NCBI GenBank assembly: GCA_033763315.1
Contig: JANRKS010000011.1
Location: 32,001 to 96,000, forward strand
Reading direction: 5' to 3'
From: Deltaproteobacteria bacterium
Lineage (GTDB): Bacteria > Myxococcota_A > Polyangia > Fen-1088
Length of the DNA: 64,000 nucleotides
A program made the position numbers and the translations under genes. Position 1 is the first letter of the stretch. Each line of letters opens with the position of its first letter. The notes under the pieces are model-generated. The model was not told where the DNA came from. It made no database searches and worked only from the letters and a program-made list of their open reading frames with translations. Positions 55,216-64,000 of the stretch are shown here, piece after piece.

Positions 55216-55647
55216 TCAACGAGCGCCGGGTCCATCGACGACACCCGCGAGCTTAAACACCGAATGCGCCAGCACACGAACAAAGACTTGCTCTGCATCC
55301 ACATACTCTAAAAGCAGCGCCGCATGCACCAGCTCGAAAGGCGCTCCGGGAAGCTCGACGGTAAGGACGTCGCCACACACCCAGTGAACTGCATTCGCGA
55401 TATGGGTCGACCTCTGCCGGGCCGCCTCGATGTATGCCGGGTTCAGGTCGACGCCGACTGCCAGTTCAGTGACGTCGGGTTGAATCACGGCGAAATCACC
55501 GCCGGCTGTGCATCCTAGGATAGCCACCCGTCGGGGCTTCACACGAGCGTATGTGCTCACGAAGCTCTCGCGTAGGGCCGCGGCTTGGCCCACGGCCTTC
55601 ATATGGCCCTCGTAGTCTTCGAGCGGAATACTCAGCCAAGGATTCAT
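55216..55647 (-). CDS. Class I SAM methyltransferase, possibly C-terminally truncated
   Basis: YEGHM, ILGCTAG, GVDLNPAYI, LVHAALLLEYVD; only 143 aa. Confidence 0.6.
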   Translation of the reverse strand: MNPWLSIPLEDYEGHMKAVGQAAALRESFVSTYARVKPRRVAILGCTAGGDFAVIQPDVTELAVGVDLNPAYIEAARQRSTHIANAVHWVCGDVLTVELPGAPFELVHAALLLEYVDAEQVFVRVLAHSVFKLAGVVDGPGAR

Positions 55648-55665
55648 GGCGGCGGGCCCAACAAC

Positions 55666-56151
55666 TTAGGACTCCATGGCTGTGGTTGGCAACAGCCACC
55701 TGAAGGTAGGGATCTTTCTTCCCGGGATGCTCGAGTCGATCTCTCCTGTGAACTCGCCTCCCAAAGCACGATAGAAGCCCGCCGCGTGAGGATCACTCCG
55801 CACGATCAAGACGAGCGCGCCACATCCTGCAGCCGCCGAACACGCGTGGCGAAATAGGGCGCGGCCAATGCCTTCCCCAAGAAACGCTGGCTCCACAAAG
55901 ATGTGCTCGAGTTCGGTGCACCGGTCATCAACCTGGGAAAGGGTGTAGAAGCCCAGCAGGCGGCCGGCTTCCTCAATGACGTGGGCGTTGCTTCGCATCA
56001 AGTGCTCGGGAGAAAGCACGAGCTCAAGGCGAAACACAGCCATTTGCTCATCCGAGTACGGCCAGTGCGCTTTCGACCTCAATGCCAGCGCCGATATCGC
56101 TTCGGCATCCTCCGGTCGCGCTGGGCGAAGTGTTCTCATCGTCTCGTCCAC
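55666..56151 (-). CDS. GNAT N-acetyltransferase
   Basis: RSKAHWPY, FVEPAFLGEGIGRALF, SDPHAAGFY. Confidence 0.9.
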   Translation of the reverse strand: MDETMRTLRPARPEDAEAISALALRSKAHWPYSDEQMAVFRLELVLSPEHLMRSNAHVIEEAGRLLGFYTLSQVDDRCTELEHIFVEPAFLGEGIGRALFRHACSAAAGCGALVLIVRSDPHAAGFYRALGGEFTGEIDSSIPGRKIPTFRWLLPTTAMES

Positions 56152-56281
56152 GTCATCGCGACGTTCAGAGTCTGCGGCGCTGTTCGCCTTGAAGTCCGGG
56201 TAGCAGCTTTCATGACTCGATCACGGCGTGTTCTCGCAGGAAATCCGCAAGCGCATCGGCCTCAGCCCGAACAGACGACGC

Positions 56282-58009
56282 CTACCGCAACGACATCGAC
56301 CAACTAGCCACCGTTTTGCTGCCGTCGAACTTGGGGAAGCCGAAGCTTTTCATGCGGCTTAACACGCAGCTTGGCAAGGCCCCGTTGCGCTCGCCGTTGA
56401 CCTTCACGGCCGAGACTTCACCTGAGCCGCGGATCACGAATTCAAGATCGATCGCGGACACGCCCTTGGCGCTCATGATGCACGGAACCAGCTTGCGGTA
56501 GTTGCCCATCATCACGCGTTGGATGACGTCGTCGTTCAACACGGCGTCGCCACCGCCTTTGCTGACGTCGCCGATGACCATATCGGTGTTGAATTCATCG
56601 CCGCCTTTGGCGCTGCCGCCGCCGCCACCACGCCGCGCCGCGCGCGGTTTCTTGTTCTGGTTAAATTCGATCTTTACGTTCTTCAAGAACGCGTCGATGT
56701 CGGCTTCTTCAGCGCGGCTTGCCAGCGCGCCTTGTTGCTGGTTCTGCCTGTTGATGAAATAGAACACAGCGCCCGCCACCACCACGGCGCCCGCAGCCCC
56801 GATGATCAAAGCCGTGAAGCGCGATTTCTTGCGCTCCGTGCTCTCCATCGATTGGTTGGCTTGCGCCCGTCGCGCTTGTTCCAACGAACGCGCCGCTTGC
56901 TTCGAAAAATCCGCCAACTGCGGGTGCTCTTTGATCGGCACCTGCTCACCGTTTTCAGTGTCAGTCAGCAAATCGTTGGGCCCAAACGTGCCTTTCGCGA
57001 TCTCCGCCTTCAGCTGGTTCATCGTGAAAGGGCCGAAATCAAGCCGGCCCTTTTGCACAAGCCAACGTTCACTGTCCACATCCATGCCCGCGGCCTCGGC
57101 CACGTTGAACGTGCGGCCCGTAACCCGCGGCACGCTTAACCCACCCGTTGAACGCGCAGCGCCCATCGCTCCCGACGCGGCAGCATCCGAGAAACCCATC
57201 GCCGCACCGAATTCGTTCACCAGCATTTGTGGCGAACCTTGCCTGCCAAGCGGCGACGCGGCCAACGCCTTCATCACAACAGCGTCAACCATTGATGAAA
57301 GGCCAGGCACCGTTTGCGAAGGCGGCTTCCATTGCCCCGCGGGTGGTGCGCCCGTGAGCATCTCGTAAAGCATCGCGCCCATCGAATACACGTCCGCCGC
57401 CGCCGTGGGCAGCCCGCCGCGAGCCAACTCAGGAGCAACGTAGGGGCTCGTCGCTTCGGCGGAAAGCCCGCGCCAGGCGATTTCGGCCAACGCGTGAAAC
57501 AATCCCAAGTGTTCGATCACCACGCGGCCATCGCGCCCCACCACGATGTTTTCAGGCGAGAGCGCCCCATGCGCCATCGCTGCGTATGCTGCCGACAAGC
57601 CCTGCGCCACATGCCCGAGCAGTGTGAATGCGGTTTGTGCACCCACTGTTTGCCCCTGTTGCAAGCGAGCGGCGATCGCGCGGCGAAGAGTGTGGCCATC
57701 CGCGTGTTCGCTGACGGTGTAAAGGAAGCCGCTTTCTTCGCCCACGGCAAACAAACGCGCGAGGTTCTTGTGTTGAACGCGCGCCACGCGACCCAAATCG
57801 CTTTGCAGCGTGGTTTTGTGCGCGCCCAAGCGTTGCAGCGGTGCCAGCAGCACCGTGCATGGAGCATTGCTTTGCGTGTCGCGGGCGAGGTAAACGCTCA
57901 CGCTGGCGGCGCCAGGCAATGGTTCCTCCAAAGCAAACCGCCCTGCCACCAGGGTTCCTTGAGGTAGGGGCGCTTGCGAGCCCGATCCAGCGTCGGCCAT
58001 CGAGGTCAT
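56282..58009 (-). CDS. Pseudokinase + GYF-like + TM + AgmX/PglI-type C-terminal domain protein
   Basis: Kinase fold keeps YVAPE and DVYSMG but has HGALSPEN and EHLG in place of HRD and DFG; DFGPFT; TM; CVLSRMKSFGFP. Confidence 0.75.
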   Translation of the reverse strand: MTSMADAGSGSQAPLPQGTLVAGRFALEEPLPGAASVSVYLARDTQSNAPCTVLLAPLQRLGAHKTTLQSDLGRVARVQHKNLARLFAVGEESGFLYTVSEHADGHTLRRAIAARLQQGQTVGAQTAFTLLGHVAQGLSAAYAAMAHGALSPENIVVGRDGRVVIEHLGLFHALAEIAWRGLSAEATSPYVAPELARGGLPTAAADVYSMGAMLYEMLTGAPPAGQWKPPSQTVPGLSSMVDAVVMKALAASPLGRQGSPQMLVNEFGAAMGFSDAAASGAMGAARSTGGLSVPRVTGRTFNVAEAAGMDVDSERWLVQKGRLDFGPFTMNQLKAEIAKGTFGPNDLLTDTENGEQVPIKEHPQLADFSKQAARSLEQARRAQANQSMESTERKKSRFTALIIGAAGAVVVAGAVFYFINRQNQQQGALASRAEEADIDAFLKNVKIEFNQNKKPRAARRGGGGGSAKGGDEFNTDMVIGDVSKGGGDAVLNDDVIQRVMMGNYRKLVPCIMSAKGVSAIDLEFVIRGSGEVSAVKVNGERNGALPSCVLSRMKSFGFPKFDGSKTVASWSMSLR

Positions 58010-58164
58010 TTCGGCTGCATATTATCGGATCTCTTGGCGATCTCTTGCGTTCGTTCGCACCTTCTGGGGGCATAATGTGCTTTTTTCACCCACATGCTGC
58101 CCGTGCGGGCCGCCCAAAGCTGGGCCCCGGCGCGAGAAAACCCGTCAGCTGATAGACTGAGGCC

Positions 58165-59655
58165 ATGGTTGTGCGTGTGGCTCCGGGGCAGGTGCGGTTC
58201 GTGCTGCCCGCCCTCAGCGTTGACGCCCGTGGTGTGGCGCAGGGCCGCGACCTGGCGTTGCGCTTTTCCACGATGGAGCGGCTGGTGACGTTCCTGCGCT
58301 TCGTGAGTGCAGACGTGGGGCTGGACGAGCTGGGTGCGAGCCTCCGACTCCGCTTTGCGCGCGCGGCACATGGCACCCGCGAGTTGTTGCTGTTGATCGA
58401 ACAAGTGTCGCCGCACGTGGTGGATGTTGTGGTCCAATCGGCACGCGCGGCACAGGGCCAGGGTTATACGGGTACGGGACGCCACTTCGTGTCGATGCGG
58501 GACGCACAATCCCCTTTGGGTTACGACGTGGAAACCGTATCAAGCCAGCCCGGCGATCTTGTGCTTTACGGTGGCGATCAACCCACGGCTTATACCTTCG
58601 ATGGCGAGCTCACGTTGCAGCAGCTTTTGCTGCGGCTTGAACTGCAGCGTTTGCAGGCCGGACCCGAGAGTTTGAGCCCGCGCAAAATGCCGCCGCTCTT
58701 GTACGTCACCGTCCGGCAAGGGTTGGGGCCTGCGCTGGTGCAAGCGCTTGCCCACGCTGGCGTGCGCGCATGGGCCGCATTGATCGAGCCTCCGGCTTCC
58801 ACCAGTGGGGCCCTGACCGAGCCGCGTTTATGGTTGCTTCGCATCGAACAAGCCCCGGCGCGGTTGTGGGGCTTGTTCGCCCATACGCCTGGTGTCACCA
58901 CCTTCGTGCCCGTGAGTGACAACGTGCTCGTGGCCACGGGCTTTCGTCATCCGGTGCACCTTGATTCATGTCGAGGCGTCTTCGCCGATGATCGTTTGGT
59001 GTTGTTTGCGCCGCCGCCCCAAGCCCCGCGTGTGATCATGCCCGCGCCCAAGTTGCTGCCGATCGACGATCTGGTGCGTCTGCCGATGGCGCTGACGCAG
59101 GCGACGCGCCCTTTACCCACGCCAGCGTCTTCAACGCATATCGAATTGCATACAGAACTGCGCTTGGTGCGCGTGCCCCCTCGCGCCGAAGGCCCGGCCG
59201 CGAGCCTCGTGCCATGGTCGCAAACCGCGTGGATCAAACGCATCGCCGCCGGGCTGCCGCAGCCAGCGTTGGCGAATTATCGCATCGCCGCTTTGCCACA
59301 AGGTTTGCTGGTCGTGGGCAGCTTGCAATGGTTTCCCTTCGGCACGCTGCTCACAGCGGCAGCGCGTGGCGTGTTGGTGCCCGTGGGCTTCGCGTTGCGA
59401 CCGGCCGTTTCGCAAAGCTTGCTCGAAGAGCGCCTTGGCACGTCCGACGGCAGCCTGGTGGTTTTTCGATCGCCTGATGAAGCACCGTTTCGTGTGGCCG
59501 GTGGCGATCTGGTGCCGCTTCAATCACATGTGCTCGGCGTGACAACGGTGGTGCGCCAAGAGCCGCTGCTTGATCTGCAAGCTGACGATGAACGAGCGGC
59601 GCCGGAGATCCGTTATGAAAATTCGTTCGCGATGCCTTTGTGGGGGCGGCGGTAA
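58165..59655 (+). CDS. Conserved hypothetical protein (tentatively FtsH/MoxR ternary-system X7-like)
   Basis: Long ORF, first of a three-gene operon ending in MoxR; YTGTGRHFV..RD..SPLGYD, GFRHPVHL; family call from memory. Confidence 0.55.
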   Translation: MVVRVAPGQVRFVLPALSVDARGVAQGRDLALRFSTMERLVTFLRFVSADVGLDELGASLRLRFARAAHGTRELLLLIEQVSPHVVDVVVQSARAAQGQGYTGTGRHFVSMRDAQSPLGYDVETVSSQPGDLVLYGGDQPTAYTFDGELTLQQLLLRLELQRLQAGPESLSPRKMPPLLYVTVRQGLGPALVQALAHAGVRAWAALIEPPASTSGALTEPRLWLLRIEQAPARLWGLFAHTPGVTTFVPVSDNVLVATGFRHPVHLDSCRGVFADDRLVLFAPPPQAPRVIMPAPKLLPIDDLVRLPMALTQATRPLPTPASSTHIELHTELRLVRVPPRAEGPAASLVPWSQTAWIKRIAAGLPQPALANYRIAALPQGLLVVGSLQWFPFGTLLTAAARGVLVPVGFALRPAVSQSLLEERLGTSDGSLVVFRSPDEAPFRVAGGDLVPLQSHVLGVTTVVRQEPLLDLQADDERAAPEIRYENSFAMPLWGRR

Positions 59656-59657
59656 GC

Positions 59658-60836
59658 GTGCGGCCCTTCCTGGGTCATTTTGTGCTTCCCTTGGTGGCAG
59701 GCGGCCCGATGGATGTGGCGCGACCCGTGTGGCCCAAAGCGTTCAGCGCATTGGCGTTGGATTTGCCGAATGCGGCGCCTGGCTTGGTGCTGCGTGGGCA
59801 AGGCAACCCTCGGCTTGAGGCACAGGCGCAGGCGGCGGCCACCTTGCAGACCCACCGTTGGCAAATCGGGCGGCGGGTCTGGCCGGCCTTCTCGCCACCA
59901 CCTTTTGATGAAGCTTCCTTGCGGCTTGTTGTGGCTGTACACAATCTGTTCGCGCTTGGCCACCCTTCGATGCTGAACGCCTCGGCGCGCACGCGCGATG
60001 TGGTGATCGGGTTCGCCGTGGATCTCGCGCGCTTGGGCCCACCCCCCGCGGTTGCGGCTGCGGTTGAGCGCTACACCTTGTTCAGCCGCTTTGGCGACAT
60101 TGAACGCAACGAATACCAAGTGCGAAATTGGCTGGGGGTCCGGCATTTCGTCGGGCGCGCGCCGCCGCCGCGGCTTTCACAGTGGGCAAAGTTGCGCAAG
60201 GTGCAGGTGTCGCACCAGAAGCGCAATTGGTTGCGTGACGTGGGCGTGCCCAACGACGCCCGCCGCTTGTGGGAAACGTTGGCAGAAGCCAACCCGTTGA
60301 TGGAAGCCATGTCGCCCGCGCGCTTAGATCCTCCGGTTTCATGGGATCATTTGTTCGGCGTGTTGCGCTTCACGCCCCTGGCGCGCGCGGTGGCGGCGCA
60401 GCTGGTGGGGCAGGGGCTTGCGATGGCTGTTGAACCTCTGGCCACGGCTTTGTTTCTTCACTGCACGGCCAAAGAGGGCACCAAACCCGCGGCGACGCCT
60501 GAGGCGGCCGTCTTTGGTGTGACGTTCTTGGCGCATGTCTATTGGTTGCATCTGCTCACGCGTGCGGCGGGCGATGCGGGACCGGCGTTAACGGCCTTGC
60601 TCGCGGCTGCGGCGGAAGAGCCACGTTTGGTTGTGCCGTCGGATGTGGCCGCGACGGCGCATGCACAGCCCTTGGTCGACTTGTTTCAAGTCCGCTTGGG
60701 CGCGCTTCGGCAGCGGGCGCGCGGGTCAGCGGCGTTTGCGCAAGAAGCGCAGGCCACGGTGGCCATGGCGAAACGAGGCTTGCCGGCGGAACCGCGGCCG
60801 CAGGGATCGATGTCAATCCAAGCAACTGCTGTATAG
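59658..60836 (+). CDS. Conserved hypothetical protein (tentatively ternary-system X6-like)
   Basis: FVLPLVAGG, HNLFALGHP, F.GRAPPPRL; start uncertain (59640/59658). Confidence 0.55.
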   Translation: MRPFLGHFVLPLVAGGPMDVARPVWPKAFSALALDLPNAAPGLVLRGQGNPRLEAQAQAAATLQTHRWQIGRRVWPAFSPPPFDEASLRLVVAVHNLFALGHPSMLNASARTRDVVIGFAVDLARLGPPPAVAAAVERYTLFSRFGDIERNEYQVRNWLGVRHFVGRAPPPRLSQWAKLRKVQVSHQKRNWLRDVGVPNDARRLWETLAEANPLMEAMSPARLDPPVSWDHLFGVLRFTPLARAVAAQLVGQGLAMAVEPLATALFLHCTAKEGTKPAATPEAAVFGVTFLAHVYWLHLLTRAAGDAGPALTALLAAAAEEPRLVVPSDVAATAHAQPLVDLFQVRLGALRQRARGSAAFAQEAQATVAMAKRGLPAEPRPQGSMSIQATAV

Positions 60837-60849
60837 TCTGAATTCACTG

Positions 60850-62061
60850 ATGAGCGCTTCTGCCTTGCCTCCTGATCCCGCGTCCCCCACCGGCGAAGGC
60901 GTTCGCTTGGGTGGCAAGCTGCGCGAAGTGGCGCGGGCGTTGGACGATCGCTTTTTGGGCCGCGGTGAGGTGGTGCGGCTGCTGTTGGTGTGTTTGGTGG
61001 CCGGCGAACATATGCTGATCGTGGGCCCGCCGGGCACAGCGAAATCCGCACTGCTTCGGCATCTGTCACGCTTGGTGGACGCGCGCTTCTTTGAGTATTT
61101 GCTCACACGCTTTTCGGAGCCCAGCGAGATCTTCGGCCCGGTGGACATCAAGGCCTTTCGCGATGGCACATACGTGCGCCGGACGGAATCGATGCTGCCT
61201 GAAGCCGAGATCGTGTTTCTCGACGAGATCTTCAAAGCCAACTCGGCCATCCTGAACTCACTGTTATCGATCCTGAACGAGCGGCGCTTCTTCGTGGGCA
61301 GCGAACGTCGCAAGGTGCCGCTGTGTTCATTGTTTGGCGCCACCAACGAAGTGCCCAACGACGACGCGTTGGGAGCCCTCTTTGATCGCTTCTTGATCCG
61401 AGCGGTGGCCGACAACCTCGACAGTTATCACTTCGCCGGTCTCATCGAACGCGGCATTCGCAACGAGATCGCGGAAACCTCGGGCAGCGACGCGCGGCTT
61501 GTGCCGTTGCTGCGCCTGCAAGACATTCGCACCGTGCAGTCGCACCTTGAGCAGATGCTGCGCTTTCCCGATGATTTTCTTGTACGCTACAAGGCTCTGG
61601 TTTCGCAGATCCGCGCCGAGGGCGTCACGCTTTCCGATCGCCGCGTGGTCAAGCTTCTGAAGCTGTTCGTCGCCAACGCTTTGATGGATGGGCGGACGCA
61701 GGTGGATGAAAGTGATTTCTTCATTCTGAAGCACGTGTGGAACAGCGTGGATCAGGTGCCGCTGCTAGGTGAAATCGTTGATCCGGTCTTGGAGCGCCAC
61801 TACCGCGAACATCCGGAGGCGCGGCGCCTGGACGTTGGCGTGGCCGATCTCGACACGCTGCTCTCAGAGCTGTCGGCGATTCGGGGGCTCTTGTTGGGCG
61901 GAGATCAGCTTTCAGACGTCATGCTGTTTTCGCAGCTGCGCAACCTTCAGGACATCAGGGCCGCCTTGCAGGCCATTGACACAGACCCCGCCCGCCGTAT
62001 GGTCAGCGAAGTGGATAACTTGCTTGAAGGCGTATTCGAGTCCTCACGATGGAACGGATAA
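60850..62061 (+). CDS. MoxR/RavA-family AAA+ ATPase
   Basis: GPPGTAKS, EYLLTRFSEPSEIFGP, FLDEIFKANSAILNSLL, ALFDRF, LSDRR. Confidence 0.92.
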   Translation: MSASALPPDPASPTGEGVRLGGKLREVARALDDRFLGRGEVVRLLLVCLVAGEHMLIVGPPGTAKSALLRHLSRLVDARFFEYLLTRFSEPSEIFGPVDIKAFRDGTYVRRTESMLPEAEIVFLDEIFKANSAILNSLLSILNERRFFVGSERRKVPLCSLFGATNEVPNDDALGALFDRFLIRAVADNLDSYHFAGLIERGIRNEIAETSGSDARLVPLLRLQDIRTVQSHLEQMLRFPDDFLVRYKALVSQIRAEGVTLSDRRVVKLLKLFVANALMDGRTQVDESDFFILKHVWNSVDQVPLLGEIVDPVLERHYREHPEARRLDVGVADLDTLLSELSAIRGLLLGGDQLSDVMLFSQLRNLQDIRAALQAIDTDPARRMVSEVDNLLEGVFESSRWNG

Positions 62062-62075
62062 CGTCCCGCCCGCCC
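61972..62075 (+). repeat. Direct repeat copy 1 (3' end of MoxR gene)
   Basis: 61972-62061 matches 62819-62908 at 88/90 nt, with short flanking similarity. Confidence 0.95.
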
Positions 62076-62084
62076 GCGCTTGCC

Positions 62085-62462
62085 TCAGGGACGAAACGGC
62101 CGCAGGTCCAGTTCCTTGATAACTTTGAAATGCTTGACGTTTGAGGTCGACAGGGGCTTGCCAAATTCCACGGCGGTGGCTGCGATGATGGCATCACCAG
62201 CGCGCATGGACGCTGCTAAACCATATTCCTCCACGTACACAAGGGCTCGGTGGCCGATGTCTTCCGATAGCGGCAGCACGGTGAATTCGAGCTCGAACAA
62301 GAACTTTCGGATCACGCGCAATTCAGTCTTGTCTTTCGCCCCCTGCATTAGCTCCATGAGGGACTGGACTGAAATAAATCGCTCTTTGGCGTCGTCGATG
62401 GTTCGCGCGGCCTTGACCGATCCTCGTTGGGCGAAGATCAAAACATCGGTATCAAAGATCAC
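62085..62462 (-). CDS. vapC: PIN-domain toxin
   Basis: IFDTDVLI, ELMQGA, DAIIAATA, TSNVKHF. Confidence 0.92.
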   Translation of the reverse strand: MIFDTDVLIFAQRGSVKAARTIDDAKERFISVQSLMELMQGAKDKTELRVIRKFLFELEFTVLPLSEDIGHRALVYVEEYGLAASMRAGDAIIAATAVEFGKPLSTSNVKHFKVIKELDLRPFRP

Positions 62463-62691
62463 GGTGTCGTCCGCCGCGCAGGTCGTTCATGATGGCTTCA
62501 ACGCTTGCCTTTGCCTTGGCGTGCATCCCGAAAAATTCTGTGTCCTTGACCTTGCTGGTCGCCAAAGGGGCTGCAGGCACGATGCGCCCTTTAATCTTGC
62601 CGCGATGATGAACCGCAACCGTCTCACGTCTTTCAAGGGCCTCGAGAACCTTTTTCGTTTTGTAGCGAAGGTCTAGAATCGTTGCGTTCAT
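62452..62691 (-). CDS. Phd/YefM-type antitoxin
   Basis: ATILDLRYKTKKVLEALERRETVAVHHRGK; overlaps the vapC start. Confidence 0.85.
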   Translation of the reverse strand: MNATILDLRYKTKKVLEALERRETVAVHHRGKIKGRIVPAAPLATSKVKDTEFFGMHAKAKASVEAIMNDLRGGRHRDL

Positions 62692-62705
62692 TGTGCACCC
62701 CTAAA

Positions 62706-62724
62706 TGTCTACTTACTATAGACA
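62706..62724. promoter_or_regulatory. Inverted repeat operator over the -10 of the TA operon
   Basis: TGTCTA-N7-TAGACA containing minus-strand TATAGT. Confidence 0.6.
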
Positions 62725-62818
62725 CTACCGCAGGGTCCAACAACCCACACCTTGGCTCGCTGCCGGAGCCGCAAATGACGCGCATCGCAACCCGCTGGTG
62801 ATCCGGACCGCTTCACAA

Positions 62819-62924
62819 GCCATTGACACAGACCCGGCCCGCCGTATGGTCAGCGAAGTGGATCACTTGCTTGAAGGCGTATTCGAGTCCTCACGATGGA
62901 ACGGATAAAACGTCCTGCCCGCCC
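62819..62924 (+). repeat. Direct repeat copy 2 (duplicated MoxR 3' end carrying the next gene's start)
   Basis: Encodes AIDTDPARRMVSEVDHLLEGVFESSRWNG*, nearly identical to the MoxR C-terminus. Confidence 0.95.
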
Positions 62925-64000
62925 ACCAAGGGCACGAACCGACGATAAAGGTCCACCTCAAGCAGCTCAAGGTCGACCGCCCTCGCGTGGCCGTGACGAC
63001 AATGGTCCGCTTGGCCGCCCCGATCGGCCCGCTTACAGCGGCCGCGATGATCGCGGTGGACCGCCTCGTGGGCGTCCGGATCGCCCGGCGTTTGTGGGCC
63101 GAGATGATCGAGGCCCTCCCCGTGATCGGCCTGCCTATGGTGGTCGCGATGACCGTGCTGGGCGCCCGGATCGCCCGGCTTTTGCTGGACGTGACGAGCG
63201 TGGACCTCGGTCTGGGTATGGTGGCCGCGATGACCGTGGCGGGCCTCCACGTGGGCGCCCGGATCGACCCTCGTACGGTGGCCGTGATGATCGTGGCGCT
63301 CCCCGAGATCGGGCCGACCGCCAAGTGGTGCATGGTCCGGCGCCTTTTCGCGGCCGTGACGAGATGCCGCAGGGCAGCCGTGGCCCCGCTTCACGTTTTC
63401 CCGCTGATATGCCCCGCCGGGGCTTCGTGCAAGGGCCTCGCGGGCCCCGTCACCGCAGCTTCGATTCTAATCCTGATCTGGTGATGCAGGATGAGGACTC
63501 TTATGACGACGCGCCCTCAGCGCCTGAACGACGTGCGTTTTCCACCTGGGAAGGCCCCGTCACCACGGGCGGTGATCGCGCGCTGGCCGCGCCCTTGCGT
63601 TCGTTGTTCGCGCTTGATCCCGAGCAAAACCGATCGCTGACGCACGGGTTTCATCCCTACGCGGCGCGCATGCCGCCCTCGTTGGCCAACCAAGCGATTG
63701 CACTTTGGTCGAAGCCTGGCGAGACGGTCGTGGACCCATTCATGGGCAGCGGCACGGTGTTGGTCGAAGCGTTTGCTCAAGGCCGCAAAGCGGTGGGCAA
63801 CGACGCAAGCCCGCTGGCGGTGATGATCGCCACCACGCGCACAACACTGCTTTCACGTGAAGAGGCCGCAGCCTTGGTGATCGCTGGGCAGGCCATCGCC
63901 ACTGAAGCCGAGGATCGCGCGCGCCGCCGGCAAAAGTTGCCAAGCATTGCGCCGTGGGCGCGTTTGCAACACGCGAACTTTCATCCACACGTTTTCCTGG
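62896..64000 (+). CDS. Amino-methyltransferase (DNA N4/N6 or Trm11-like) with long R/G/D/P-rich N-terminus; runs off the window
   Basis: Hand translation from ATG 62896 is open to the window end; THGFHPYAARMPP, VVDPFMGSGTVLVEA, GNDASPLA; absent from the ORF track. Confidence 0.88.
   Translation, partial: MERIKRPARPPRARTDDKGPPQAAQGRPPSRGRDDNGPLGRPDRPAYSGRDDRGGPPRGRPDRPAFVGRDDRGPPRDRPAYGGRDDRAGRPDRPAFAGRDERGPRSGYGGRDDRGGPPRGRPDRPSYGGRDDRGAPRDRADRQVVHGPAPFRGRDEMPQGSRGPASRFPADMPRRGFVQGPRGPRHRSFDSNPDLVMQDEDSYDDAPSAPERRAFSTWEGPVTTGGDRALAAPLRSLFALDPEQNRSLTHGFHPYAARMPPSLANQAIALWSKPGETVVDPFMGSGTVLVEAFAQGRKAVGNDASPLAVMIATTRTTLLSREEAAALVIAGQAIATEAEDRARRRQKLPSIAPWARLQHANFHPHVFL
62985..63315 (+). repeat. 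Imperfect coding tandem repeats (GRDDRG / RPDRPAY-like)
   Basis: About seven GRD(D/E) units interleaved with RPDRP(A/S)(Y/F). Confidence 0.8.

Noticed and set aside
62706-62724. Third site for the XRE-cupin regulator
   Set aside because: 19 bp rather than 18 bp and placed as a typical TA autoregulatory operator
62705-62908. 67-aa ORF ending like MoxR
   Set aside because: By-product of the direct repeat; its start lies in the TA operator
62985-63315. Repeat array as CRISPR or non-coding repeats
   Set aside because: Units are imperfect, vary mainly at synonymous positions, keep one reading frame and have no spacers or cas genes
62987-63484. 165-aa hydrophobic ORF that looks like a membrane protein
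   Set aside because: Alternative frame of the methyltransferase repeat region; the frame from 62896 continues into a recognisable domain
1-64000. rRNA, tRNA, transposase, integrase or prophage genes
   Set aside because: None recognised by eye; tRNAscan and Rfam searches were not run

Overview
GC-rich bacterial DNA, most likely Myxococcota (inferred from Gly-rich-linker lipoproteins, a Ser/Thr kinase-PEGA module, an ECF-caspase module and an AgmX/PglI-type C-terminus). The centre of the window (about 19.6-53.6 kb, plus a satellite at 4.4-5.8 kb) appears to be a sulfur-starvation regulon. It has an SfnR-like sigma-54 activator, a SutR-like XRE-cupin regulator, ssuABC, ssuE, two luciferase-like monooxygenases, two cytoplasmic DszB-like proteins, a metB-like gene and two TonB-ExbBD-receptor systems. 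A tandem 16-bp palindrome (TGCTGC-N4-GCAGCA, pairs 31-32 bp apart) recurs at five intergenic sites next to sigma-54 -24/-12 elements. The best pair precedes an uncharacterised 9-gene envelope uptake operon whose large proteins are Met-depleted like the sulfur enzymes; this is the top candidate novel system. Other points: a catalytically degenerate RibB coupled to ssuE, an ABC gene with an in-frame TAG, two vapBC modules (one flanked by a 90-bp duplication of a MoxR gene end), and a methyltransferase with an RGG-like disordered N-terminus that is missing from the ORF track. No rRNA, tRNA, CRISPR array or transposase was seen. All family calls are from motif recognition, not database searches.
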